64,000 nt of DNA from a virus, in the IMG/VR virus record IMGVR_UViG_3300033141_004448, positions 2,637 to 66,636 of that record, one strand, 5' to 3'. This document shows, in pieces, positions 19,196 through 28,843 of this stretch. Every line of letters starts with the position of its first letter. Positions within the stretch are counted from its first letter, which is position 1. Made by a program: the position numbers and the translations under genes. The notes beneath the pieces were generated by a model. The model was given only the letters and a program-made list of their open reading frames with translations, did no database searches and had not been told where the DNA came from.

Positions 19196-19892
19196 CTTTC
19201 CACCACAATCCTTCTCCTTGAAAATCTTTCAATACATCTTCAGCGGTTATTTTACTATCTTTTAAGTATTGTTTTAATGTTTGTGTTTTATCAAAGATGT
19301 TTATTGATGAGGAAAAAAGATCAATAAGGTTTCTTATTACACGCTCTTGAATAGCACATTTAGCTGTAAAAGAAAATACACTTCTTATAGTTATACCGTC
19401 TATAAATTGAAGACTTTTTTTTAAACCCACGTCTATTTTCTTTTCTCCTGATATAATAATTCCTTTTACGTCACATTTTTTTTCTTCTTTTATTGCAGTC
19501 ATATATTTTAGAATTTGACCTATAACATTTTTATTAGCTTGTTGTTTTATTTCAATAATCGTATAATTGTTTGACTTTCTTTCTTTAGCAAGTATGTCGA
19601 TTATACCATATTTACAACGGTATTGTTGTGCAAAGAAATTCAGTTCCTTCAACCACGGAATGTAAATCCATCTATCAATGATCCAGTTTTCTATATCTTT
19701 TTCATTTTTCCATTCAAGATTGTTAGTATTTATGTACACATTAATCACGTAAAAGAGGTCATGCAAAAAGTCAATTATTTTTTGATTCCTTTTTTGAAGT
19801 AATTCTAATATAGTTCTTTTAGGTTCCTCGAATTCTGATAAATTCGCATCATCAATTTTTCTTAAAAACACATCTGGACTAATCCATATCAT
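19185..19892 (-). CDS. NucS/EndoMS-like PD-(D/E)xK nuclease domain protein
   Basis: EKDIE...GIIDILA...IIEIK...IGQILKY. Confidence 0.75.
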   Translation of the reverse strand: MIWISPDVFLRKIDDANLSEFEEPKRTILELLQKRNQKIIDFLHDLFYVINVYINTNNLEWKNEKDIENWIIDRWIYIPWLKELNFFAQQYRCKYGIIDILAKERKSNNYTIIEIKQQANKNVIGQILKYMTAIKEEKKCDVKGIIISGEKKIDVGLKKSLQFIDGITIRSVFSFTAKCAIQERVIRNLIDLFSSSINIFDKTQTLKQYLKDSKITAEDVLKDFQGEGLWWKDEI

Positions 19893-20176
19893 TTTTTGTT
19901 TCTCCTCTTCTTTGATATACGATTCACTATTTCGAGTGTCTTAGTAACAATAGCTCTCCATCGTTTTCCTCTATCTCTTTCACAACGTATCAACATTTCT
20001 GTACAATAAGATTCATTCTCATGATCTTCACAATAAGTACGAAAATCTTCGTAGGTAATAAATTCAATTTGTTTCGAATTATCCATTGTGTTGTATGATA
20101 TTTTTCCTTTATTCTGACTCTTTTTCTTCTTTGGTTTTTCCACTAAGCTCTTTTCTAATTCCTTTAAGAAACTCAA
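19889..20176 (-). CDS. Hypothetical protein
   Basis: Coupled ORF. Confidence 0.5.
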   Translation of the reverse strand: MSFLKELEKSLVEKPKKKKSQNKGKISYNTMDNSKQIEFITYEDFRTYCEDHENESYCTEMLIRCERDRGKRWRAIVTKTLEIVNRISKKRRNKK

Positions 20177-20339
20177 TTAAAACACCACGTTTTTCTTTGG
20201 TAATTACATTAAAATCTATTTTTTTGTGGTTTAATTCAAACAATTCTAATAGGATCTTAATAGGATGATCCTTTTGTCGTGGGATTGTTATGAAGATTTG
20301 ATTATTTTTGCTAACGTAGAAATTTTTAATCAACAACAC
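20109..20339 (-). CDS. Small hypothetical protein (AbrB-like N-terminus possible)
   Basis: NNQIFITIPR motif. Confidence 0.4.
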   Translation of the reverse strand: MLLIKNFYVSKNNQIFITIPRQKDHPIKILLELFELNHKKIDFNVITKEKRGVLIEFLKGIRKELSGKTKEEKESE

Positions 20340-20498
20340 TTCCTTATTAATAAATTATCAATAGTGTATTAATATGTTATTAATATAGTTTAACTAAGTA
20401 TTTGAATCTTTCTTCTCGTGTAACAATCAAAATTCACGATTTTTCCACTCATATTTATAAACGTGTACGGCGATTTATTTTCAAATCATTTGAGGTAA

Positions 20499-23129
20499 AT
20501 GACTATGGCAAAACAAAGAAAGAAAACTGCTATGGCAACACATTCGCCAAATATCCCTACAGGGTTTGGACGGGTGAGTCGCGAGATATCGTGTTACCTA
20601 GGAGATTTTTATCAGCATTATTGCGTGGGATGGCAATTTCAAGGTGAACCCGGGATTTATACATTCATGGACGAACCGAAAGGAGGAAACTTTCTTTTAT
20701 GCCCGACTGCAGTGAACGGTAATTATAACGAATTTGGTCAAAGAACTTTCCCGTTATTCATACCATTTGCAAAACCTGATTTGTTGATAACACTTGCAGA
20801 TTGGTTTGTGTTTTCACCGGGAGCACATAACGGATACATAAATTACAATGATAATTGGTTGCCGAATTTTCTAAACAATGCAAGTGAACAATTAAAAAAG
20901 AAGATACACAACGTATGGTACTTCCCAATCGATTCAACACCGATAAATAATGCATTCATTCGGCTTCTGGAGAAAACAGAAGTGCCAGTTGTAATGTCAA
21001 AATACGGTTCAAAAGAGCTGAAGCGTTTGGGCATATATCACGAGTACATACCGCACGGCGTGAGAAAGAGTAATTTTCACATTAACTCCGAAGAAAATCG
21101 AATGTCGTCAAGGCGTGATATTGCTAATAGATTCCGCAATCACCCATTAATTAATAAATCGTTGTTGAATAAAATCGAAGATAGTTTTATTTGTTTTCCA
21201 GATCATACGCATATTTTAACATCTAACTTCACGCAACAAAAAATAGGTGATTTAGATGATTATGGTCACGTGATATCTGGAAGTGGGAATATTAGACAAT
21301 ATAAAAAGTTACAACGGAAATATGATGGTTCAATGATCACGTTTAAAGTTCAAGGTAGTTATAGAAATATTACTTGTACTAATAACCATCCGATACTTGC
21401 CGTGAAACGACAAACAATTCAATGTCGATTACCTTCACGACAAAAAAACAGATGTGTATGCCGAACTAATAAAGAATCACGCGCGGAACCATGTCGTTCG
21501 TGTAAGGATAAGTCATTTAATAACATAATTTGTGATTACTTTCCTGCACGTGAACTTAACACTGGAGACTTCATTGCGTATCCAATAGAAACAAATTTTA
21601 ATTCTAAAACTTTAATTGACCTTTCAAAAATACTAAACTTTGAGGGAGAAATTAGAGATGACAAGATCAGGGCAAGCTGGAATAAAAATTGGGTAAATAG
21701 ATATCTACCATTAAATGCTGAATTCCTAGAATTACTTGGATATTATATAGCCGAGGGTAATTGCATTAAACGAACCGGAATACAATTTACAATAAACAAA
21801 AACGAGAACGCATTTACAGAGCGAATAAGGGAACTAGTACAAACATTATTTGGACTACCGATAAGAATCTACGATCAAAAACAAAACAAGGCACGAATGA
21901 TTCGTGTCAAGGGAACTATAATCAATAAGATATTTAGCTATTTTGGTGGAGAATATGCCGACAAGAAGCTCATTTCAAAAGAAGTGATGCAACTCAACCC
22001 ACGACTTTTACTCAATTTAGTAAAAGGATTTCACCGTGGAGATGGACATTACACAAAAACGAGTTCTGGTAAAAGAAAACGTTGGGTGCTTACAACAACA
22101 TCAGAACAGCTTGCGTGGCAGTTACATACCATTTTAGAACGAAATAAGATCTTCTCTAATATTAGAAAGGAACCAAGATCAAACAGAAAAACAATATATC
22201 GTATTACAGTTTATGGTGGATACCTGACTGAAAATCTTGATACTGACACTTACAAAAGAAAATGGAACACAAAAATTTACTATGATAATTATGTCTTAAA
22301 GGAAATAAAATCCAAAGAAACTTATGAAGATAAAATCAATGTCTATAATCTCAGTGTATTCCGTGATAATAATTACCTAGCAAATAATGCAATTGTCCAT
22401 AATTGTTTTTGGGGTGGTAGAAATCAGCTTCGTAAAATGCCGCAGTCGCTTGTTGAAGTGTGCGGTAAATTTGCAAAGGACAAAGAAGACGTGTTATTCA
22501 TTTTTCACACATCACCAACACCATACGAAGTAGGTTTTACCTTACCATTTCATAATGAGCGATACGGGATAAACGATAAAGTGATCTTCACGGAGTCAAG
22601 TCAGGTGTACCACCCGTCAAATCACTTCATAAATAATATCATTAATTGCGGTGATGTATATCTTGATACAGCAGGTGGCGAAGGTTTCGGCTTCTTTAGG
22701 CTTGAGTCTGCCGCTTGCGGTCTTCCACGCGTGATGATCAATTGGACAAGCTCAGCAGAGCTAATGGGATTGAAAGAAAATGACATACCAATTAAAATTG
22801 AAGACGTGATATCTGTTAATGGTGGCGGCGAAACAGAAAATATTAAAACTGAGAGCGGAATTTTAGTGCCACCAATTACAAGGTGGACAAGCGGTGTCGG
22901 TGCAGATTTTGGCTTGATTGACGTTGATCTTGCTGTAGAAGCGTTAAATTACTTATATGACCACAGGCAAGAGTGCAAGCGAATGGGAAGAAAAGGAAAT
23001 CAATTTGCCTTTGAAAATTATAATTGGGATCAAATCCTACCAAAATGGCACGATTTAATTGAAACTATATTCGAAGAATATGAACAAATAAAACAGAAAA
23101 TGGAGCTCGTAATTGACAGTCCAACTTAA
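20499..23129 (+). CDS. GT4-like glycosyltransferase interrupted by an intein
   Basis: PTGFGRV, YFPIDS, YIPHGV, GRNQLRK, GEGFG...LESAACGLP, YNWD; extein about 472 aa. Confidence 0.9.
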   Translation: MTMAKQRKKTAMATHSPNIPTGFGRVSREISCYLGDFYQHYCVGWQFQGEPGIYTFMDEPKGGNFLLCPTAVNGNYNEFGQRTFPLFIPFAKPDLLITLADWFVFSPGAHNGYINYNDNWLPNFLNNASEQLKKKIHNVWYFPIDSTPINNAFIRLLEKTEVPVVMSKYGSKELKRLGIYHEYIPHGVRKSNFHINSEENRMSSRRDIANRFRNHPLINKSLLNKIEDSFICFPDHTHILTSNFTQQKIGDLDDYGHVISGSGNIRQYKKLQRKYDGSMITFKVQGSYRNITCTNNHPILAVKRQTIQCRLPSRQKNRCVCRTNKESRAEPCRSCKDKSFNNIICDYFPARELNTGDFIAYPIETNFNSKTLIDLSKILNFEGEIRDDKIRASWNKNWVNRYLPLNAEFLELLGYYIAEGNCIKRTGIQFTINKNENAFTERIRELVQTLFGLPIRIYDQKQNKARMIRVKGTIINKIFSYFGGEYADKKLISKEVMQLNPRLLLNLVKGFHRGDGHYTKTSSGKRKRWVLTTTSEQLAWQLHTILERNKIFSNIRKEPRSNRKTIYRITVYGGYLTENLDTDTYKRKWNTKIYYDNYVLKEIKSKETYEDKINVYNLSVFRDNNYLANNAIVHNCFWGGRNQLRKMPQSLVEVCGKFAKDKEDVLFIFHTSPTPYEVGFTLPFHNERYGINDKVIFTESSQVYHPSNHFINNIINCGDVYLDTAGGEGFGFFRLESAACGLPRVMINWTSSAELMGLKENDIPIKIEDVISVNGGGETENIKTESGILVPPITRWTSGVGADFGLIDVDLAVEALNYLYDHRQECKRMGRKGNQFAFENYNWDQILPKWHDLIETIFEEYEQIKQKMELVIDSPT
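21192..22403 (+). mobile_element. 404-aa intein with LAGLIDADG domain
   Basis: Starts CFPDHT, block B TNNHP, LLGYYIAEG and KGFHRGDG, ends VYNLSV...IVHN followed by extein Cys. Confidence 0.92.
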
Positions 23130-23586
23130 TACAGAAGAATTTCTTGACCAAATAGAAGGGCAATTTGATAGGTTAAGAAAAAACATTGAAAAGGGTAACG
23201 AACAGCTCGGTCGTGAACTTGAGCAGGACGTTATCCTGAATATCATACTAGGTTACGTGCTCGACCTAAATTGGAAATCTATATCTACTGAATACATGGA
23301 TTACAGGATAAAGCGTGGTAAAATACCCATTCCTAGCGGTCATTTACTTGACGAGCAATTAATGAATGCGGTGCAACGTAATTTTTCAACTTCGAATAAC
23401 GGTTCGGTATCATTGGTATATGTGAACGAAATGCAACCACGACCATACGAAGTATTTCAGGAATTTGGCTTCACGTCATATAAGGGAAATTGGATCGAGC
23501 CACGACCATTTTTTCAACCTGCATTAGATAAAATAATCGAAAAATTCATGTCATTTCTGAGGGAACATGTTGAGCGTTCTATCTAA
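23113..23586 (+). CDS. HK97 gp10-like neck/tail-completion protein
   Basis: QEFG...IEPRPFFQPA motif; position upstream of sheath. Confidence 0.65.
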   Translation: MTVQLNTEEFLDQIEGQFDRLRKNIEKGNEQLGRELEQDVILNIILGYVLDLNWKSISTEYMDYRIKRGKIPIPSGHLLDEQLMNAVQRNFSTSNNGSVSLVYVNEMQPRPYEVFQEFGFTSYKGNWIEPRPFFQPALDKIIEKFMSFLREHVERSI

Positions 23587-24247
23587 GTATTATGTTAAAG
23601 ACTACACGAGAATAATCCTGAATAGGATTAAGGAAAAACAGACTTTCATAAAAAGAGAGTTTGTCGGCGTGGGATTTAAAGGCATATACGAGTACAATAA
23701 AAACACGGGAAATTACGACCTCAGGCGTGATGTTAATTTTCCTGCAATTGCAGGATATCTACTAATGGATCAGGAAGAACACATGGGATTAGGATTGTGG
23801 GCAACACAAGATCATCGTGGCGTGAGGGATAACCCTCTTTTTGTCCTTGATATATGGGCAAAGAATAGAATGGAACTCGATCTTGCATACTCGATAATTC
23901 GGAGAATAATGTTTCAAGAACAATTTTACTTTCAATCTAAAGGTATTAGGGATATCTCACTGTATCGTACCACTCATAGGCAGTATGACGCGGGCGATCG
24001 TATCGTTCAGGGTGCTTCTCACGTTACGACACGGGTTCAACGGCTCGTGATGTTATACCGGTTAAAAGTTGAAAAGGTATGGGATACAACACAAGAAGGT
24101 ATTGGAACTATCGGCACGATTATCATTACCGATACAGGCGTGGGCGAAACTGTAACGTGGACAATCGGTGGCGGTTTTGCAGATCCTTTAATACTTGATT
24201 TATTTAATTTATCTGAAGATAATATATTTGATTTAGGTGTATTTTAA
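23567..24247 (+). CDS. Putative tail terminator
   Basis: Position and LDIWAKNRMELD segment. Confidence 0.5.
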   Translation: MLSVLSKYYVKDYTRIILNRIKEKQTFIKREFVGVGFKGIYEYNKNTGNYDLRRDVNFPAIAGYLLMDQEEHMGLGLWATQDHRGVRDNPLFVLDIWAKNRMELDLAYSIIRRIMFQEQFYFQSKGIRDISLYRTTHRQYDAGDRIVQGASHVTTRVQRLVMLYRLKVEKVWDTTQEGIGTIGTIIITDTGVGETVTWTIGGGFADPLILDLFNLSEDNIFDLGVF

Positions 24248-24720
24248 TGGGTTATACGGATTTATTATCGTTTTATAACGAGTCATTTCCGAAAGGAACA
24301 CCATATACTACAGGATTTACTTTGTCATCCGTAAAAACAGGAGAGTCATTTGGCGCATTTACATCAGAAACATTTTTTGTGAAGAGTATCACTTTATTTG
24401 TTGAAAGCGGCGCAACATTTACAAACTTTAGGCTAAGGTACCCGAATTTACATACAAGTGGCGTTTTTGACGAAACACGAACCGGATATGACGGTTTGCG
24501 GTATTTTTGCGGCGCATCACAAAAACTTCCCGATGGTCAGGGCAATGAGTATTATACTGGAAAGACGTATTACAAGTTTGACATTGACTTTCAAAAACCG
24601 ATACATCTTGTTAATGCCGATGGCGACTACATTCACATTGGACTTCAAGGGTTAGCCAATGGCGAAGTTGATGTACAAGCAAATGGATGGCGTGTACTAA
24701 CTACAGATGATGGTGTGTGA
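24247..24720 (+). CDS. Putative minor virion protein
   Basis: Beta-rich, TG/SG-rich, inside the tail operon. Confidence 0.5.
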   Translation: MGYTDLLSFYNESFPKGTPYTTGFTLSSVKTGESFGAFTSETFFVKSITLFVESGATFTNFRLRYPNLHTSGVFDETRTGYDGLRYFCGASQKLPDGQGNEYYTGKTYYKFDIDFQKPIHLVNADGDYIHIGLQGLANGEVDVQANGWRVLTTDDGV

Positions 24721-26636
24721 AAATGAAAGAACCGGGATTTGAATTTAACATAAAGGAAGAAGGGTTAATTGGTTTCATACCGTTTTCTTCTAATCGAATT
24801 GTAGTAATTGGTACCGCAGAACGCGGTCAGATTGCAGTAAGCAATGGAAAGGCGCAAATAAAGGCAACTGATATTCTTGCATATTCAAGTTATTCTTCTA
24901 TTGAAGAAAAATTTGGCACGTATGATGAATTTACAGGGCAAAGCGAATTAACATTAATGCGTGGCGTTGATTTATTAACGGCGGCAGGCGCAAATTGGAT
25001 TTATCCAATACGTATTGCTGACGGCAATGAAAGTGGTGGCACGCTACGTATTCGAAAATCACATAATGTTGTTGGCGCATATTCTATGGAAATAGGAAGT
25101 GCTGACACGGGAAGTTATTCACGTGATATATCAATTCGAATACGTGATACAGACGGTTCGCCATTTCAATTTTCAGAAATATTTTACCCTGACGGGACTA
25201 CAACTGGTTTTACGCTAAGGTATTACCCTTATACAGGAAACGAGCAACGTGTCGTGCCGGGCTCTACAATCCAATATGTTACAGGTGCAATCTGGACAAA
25301 AGTCGAAGTTACAGGTCTGATTGACGAGTATGGTAATTTTGTGGAAGATGGTAAAAATGCAGATTGGGCTACAGGCGAAACGTGGACTGTTCACTATGGT
25401 AATAATGCACTCGGGTACGGGTGGGAACATACTGTAGAACCTTATCTCACCGCAAATTTATCCACTGGCGGTAACCATGACGTGTCGATTCTTTGTGATA
25501 CGGGAGCTCCTTGGGGTAATAACTTATTATTCATGGACGATGCAACTGTAAATCAAGCGGGAGCACCTTGCAGAAAAGGTAAAGCGATAAAAGTCACTTA
25601 CTTCTATGATACAAAAGATCTTGAGGTAAAATGGCACGATAAAACCGAGGTATTCAATGGATTAAATAACGTCAATCATTGGATAACGCAAGTTAATAGC
25701 GGTTCAACACTCATAAAACTTTACAGTGATACTGGTACAGCACAAAAAGTTGTCGTGCAAGATTCAGGTTCTTCTACAATGCCGATCAACATGGACTGGA
25801 CAAATCTCAACAAAGGAAATGACGGAAGGGCAATAAACAGCAATGATTACCGTGCGGCTTTGGAGTTAATTTCGGAAACAAGTTGGGATTATCTTGTATT
25901 GCCAGGTTGCACTAATACAAGCATACACAATATCGTGAAGTCGAGATTAAATACTGACGAAATAAATAATTTCGAACACAAAGCGTGTTTAGGTCATGAC
26001 ACTGGTAGCACTGCTGGTGAAATTATAAGCTGGGCTGATGAAGTCAGTGATAAACTGATAAACTGTTATACGTTTGGAGAAAACGGAATACTCATGACAA
26101 ATAGATACACGGGTAAGCTCGAAACAGGAAGTGCGAGTTATGGTGCGTGTATCGTTGCGGCAAATAAGGCAAAACGGACAATTTCAACCGACATGATCGG
26201 TGTTGCGTTAGACGGTATTGAAGGTATTGACGGTGAATGGAGTAAACCACAACGTGAGATTTTCCTTGATCACGGAATTGCAACAGTAATGAAAGACGCG
26301 GGTTACCGGATTAATCGTGATATTACTTCAAGTAAGAGTTCTGCATGGTTAAAAGCAACGACCGTACAAATAGTGCATTATGCACGACAGGGATCACGGC
26401 AAGTATTACGTGATTTCAAAGGTAAGAAAAACATAAACCGCGTACGCAAACGAATGGAAATGGCGGCTGATAATTTCTACAAGACTATGCTTGCTGACGA
26501 ACATGTTACTGGATTTAAACCGACCGAAGTTACTTCGACACGCGGTGAACAGATAAGCGGTATTACAAGAGTAAAATCTGAGATACAACCCGTGTATCAC
26601 GTTGAATATATAAAATTCGATTTAGCATTAGGGTGA
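24717..26636 (+). CDS. Contractile tail sheath protein
   Basis: PGF N-terminus, IGTAERG, GNDG, C-terminal GKKN...IQPVYHVEYI. Confidence 0.88.
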   Translation: MKMKEPGFEFNIKEEGLIGFIPFSSNRIVVIGTAERGQIAVSNGKAQIKATDILAYSSYSSIEEKFGTYDEFTGQSELTLMRGVDLLTAAGANWIYPIRIADGNESGGTLRIRKSHNVVGAYSMEIGSADTGSYSRDISIRIRDTDGSPFQFSEIFYPDGTTTGFTLRYYPYTGNEQRVVPGSTIQYVTGAIWTKVEVTGLIDEYGNFVEDGKNADWATGETWTVHYGNNALGYGWEHTVEPYLTANLSTGGNHDVSILCDTGAPWGNNLLFMDDATVNQAGAPCRKGKAIKVTYFYDTKDLEVKWHDKTEVFNGLNNVNHWITQVNSGSTLIKLYSDTGTAQKVVVQDSGSSTMPINMDWTNLNKGNDGRAINSNDYRAALELISETSWDYLVLPGCTNTSIHNIVKSRLNTDEINNFEHKACLGHDTGSTAGEIISWADEVSDKLINCYTFGENGILMTNRYTGKLETGSASYGACIVAANKAKRTISTDMIGVALDGIEGIDGEWSKPQREIFLDHGIATVMKDAGYRINRDITSSKSSAWLKATTVQIVHYARQGSRQVLRDFKGKKNINRVRKRMEMAADNFYKTMLADEHVTGFKPTEVTSTRGEQISGITRVKSEIQPVYHVEYIKFDLALG

Positions 26637-26643
26637 TTAAAAA

Positions 26644-27219
26644 ATGACAGATTCACAAACAAGTTATGGAACTAGTATCGTTAAAGGATTCGTAGGAAAA
26701 AATGTAACGTGGCTAATCGGCGATGTGAAATTTGCACAAGTCGATGACGTGATGGTCGAGTACCAAAAAGACGTGCAAATAGCCCGACCGTTAGGCACGG
26801 AACGACCCGTTCTTAGATCTGGTGGAAGGTTAGTAAGATGGAATGCTCGTGGTAATCAAATTGACTCTACTTTATGGGCATTCGCAATAGGAACTGGAAT
26901 TTATGCATACTCTATCAATGACGACAGATTAATTTCTATCAGCCAAAATGGAGCGTCTGGACAGGACGTTATCTCTTCACTTTTTGAATTGACATTTCGA
27001 TACAACATTGACATAACGTGGGAAATGATCGATCCGCTAAGTAAAACAAGATTAACGTGGATACTATCGGGCGTGTTTCCCGACAGCATACGTGTCGAAA
27101 CTTCGGGAAGAGGGTACGTCAAGTGTAACATGTCTGGTTATGCGGCTGACGTGCGAATGAGCGATGAACGAAATCTTGACGATGAAACCATTGAGCAATA
27201 TATAAATGGTGGAGGATAA
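26644..27219 (+). CDS. Tail tube protein
   Basis: Follows sheath; size and beta-strand pattern. Confidence 0.7.
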   Translation: MTDSQTSYGTSIVKGFVGKNVTWLIGDVKFAQVDDVMVEYQKDVQIARPLGTERPVLRSGGRLVRWNARGNQIDSTLWAFAIGTGIYAYSINDDRLISISQNGASGQDVISSLFELTFRYNIDITWEMIDPLSKTRLTWILSGVFPDSIRVETSGRGYVKCNMSGYAADVRMSDERNLDDETIEQYINGGG

Positions 27220-27674
27220 TGGAACGCTTCAAAGATTCCAGTTATCACGAAATCGAAATCATTAATAATCTTGAGTATAAAGCAACCGTGATAAAAGCGT
27301 CAGACTATGAAAAAATAGATTACGTGGTATCAACACAAAATCTTTCACCGAAAGAAGAAGAGCAATTGCGAAATAAGCTTCTACTTACGAAAAGCATTTC
27401 ACGGAAAATCAACGGTGAGTGGAAACCAATCGGAATGGGATATTTTACGGACTTACCTTTATACGAATTCCTTGCATTACTAAATTTATTTAGCCGTGTG
27501 AATAATATCAATCCTTCGGTACTTGACTCACCAGAAGTAGATTTTCTATTTGACGTGATGCAAATGTTTCACACGCTTGATTTCCACATACTTGATAACC
27601 TCACGAAACCGCAAATTGACCTTCTGAAAGAAAAAGTAGCAAGGTGGAAGTCAGAACGTGTCGCAATCGATTAA
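27219..27674 (+). CDS. Tail assembly chaperone (probable)
   Basis: Helical protein directly after the tube gene. Confidence 0.55.
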   Translation: MERFKDSSYHEIEIINNLEYKATVIKASDYEKIDYVVSTQNLSPKEEEQLRNKLLLTKSISRKINGEWKPIGMGYFTDLPLYEFLALLNLFSRVNNINPSVLDSPEVDFLFDVMQMFHTLDFHILDNLTKPQIDLLKEKVARWKSERVAID

Positions 27675-28242
27675 CGCAAATTTAAAGGCAACGATAACAG
27701 TAGATACCGATTTTAAGAATGCATACCGTGACATAAACCGACTTACTAAGTTCATCACGCAACAAAGTATGATATGGAATCAACGGCTTAATCAAGGATT
27801 GACCATTAAAAAAACAAAAATACAAATGCCACAACCCGCGAGCCAAGCAATGCCGTATGAACCATCACCATACATTCCACGAATACAAATTCCACGACCG
27901 CCGAGTAACATTACAAAAATAATAAAAGAAATAAAAGAAAAAACAGGTCAAGAAGAGTTCCGTACCACTCGAACGCCCGGCGGAATACGAATTCGAGAAA
28001 AAGGAAAATTCGTATCAGAAGAAGCCGTAAAAGAAAGGTGGCGTGAATTATACCAACCTAGAACGCCACCTTCCGTTACACCAGTACAATCAACACGCGG
28101 TAAATCTGGTGAAGTAAATATAAATGTAAAAGTAGAAGTATCGGGTGGAGGAGCTAGCAACATTGTAACTGATATTGCCGATACCATACGTAGAAATAAT
28201 GAAGTAAAAAATGCAATACTAACTCTTGTTAGAGGAGGATGA
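27658..28242 (+). CDS. Very short tape-measure-like protein
   Basis: Occupies the TMP position; TMP-like ends (LKATITVDT; VNINVKVEVSG). Confidence 0.5.
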   Translation: MSQSINANLKATITVDTDFKNAYRDINRLTKFITQQSMIWNQRLNQGLTIKKTKIQMPQPASQAMPYEPSPYIPRIQIPRPPSNITKIIKEIKEKTGQEEFRTTRTPGGIRIREKGKFVSEEAVKERWRELYQPRTPPSVTPVQSTRGKSGEVNINVKVEVSGGGASNIVTDIADTIRRNNEVKNAILTLVRGG

Positions 28243-28843
28243 TACAATTCCATTTCAAAACACGGTAAGAAGTATAGGCGTGAGGGCAGGTCAATCATTC
28301 ACGAAATTATTTTCACCGGGTAACTTAAAATATACCTTGCAAATGATTGCGGGATTGGCAGATCTATCACAAGATATGGGAACTATACTATCTCAGGGCA
28401 CGCTAAGTGTAAATTTCACGATATATGGCGTGTTTCCATTTGGCGTGGAATTACGTGCAGGAAGTATGAGGTTCACGACAGGTCAAGTCAATCCTTCATA
28501 TACTGGCGGGATACCACCACCTACAAGAATGAGAATGGAAATTAATAATAAACTCGTGGAGTTACCAATTGTAGGTATGAACGGTAATCAGGTTCAAGAC
28601 TTAGGTCGCAATGCACCGCGTGTTATATTTGAAGGCGAATTTCATTTTCCTTGGGCACAAACCGCGGTAAATATCTTTCTTGCACAATCTGCTTACCGAA
28701 AAAGTTTGCCATTTTTTACCACGCTAATACCATGTTATAGAATGATGAAACTAAAAAGTTTCGTGACAGAACCAATTCAAGGTCGAAGGGATTTATGGTA
28801 TAGAATTGAATTGATACAAGATAAGGAGTTCGGTTTTCCGTGA
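28226..28843 (+). CDS. Baseplate hub/tube-initiator-like protein
   Basis: LPIVG...VQDLGRNAPRVIFEGEF, reminiscent of Mu-type tube initiators; position. Confidence 0.55.
   Translation: MLEEDDTIPFQNTVRSIGVRAGQSFTKLFSPGNLKYTLQMIAGLADLSQDMGTILSQGTLSVNFTIYGVFPFGVELRAGSMRFTTGQVNPSYTGGIPPPTRMRMEINNKLVELPIVGMNGNQVQDLGRNAPRVIFEGEFHFPWAQTAVNIFLAQSAYRKSLPFFTTLIPCYRMMKLKSFVTEPIQGRRDLWYRIELIQDKEFGFP

Noticed and set aside
27219-27674. Programmed frameshift in the tail assembly chaperone
   Set aside because: Single continuous ORF; no slippery site with a second frame needed
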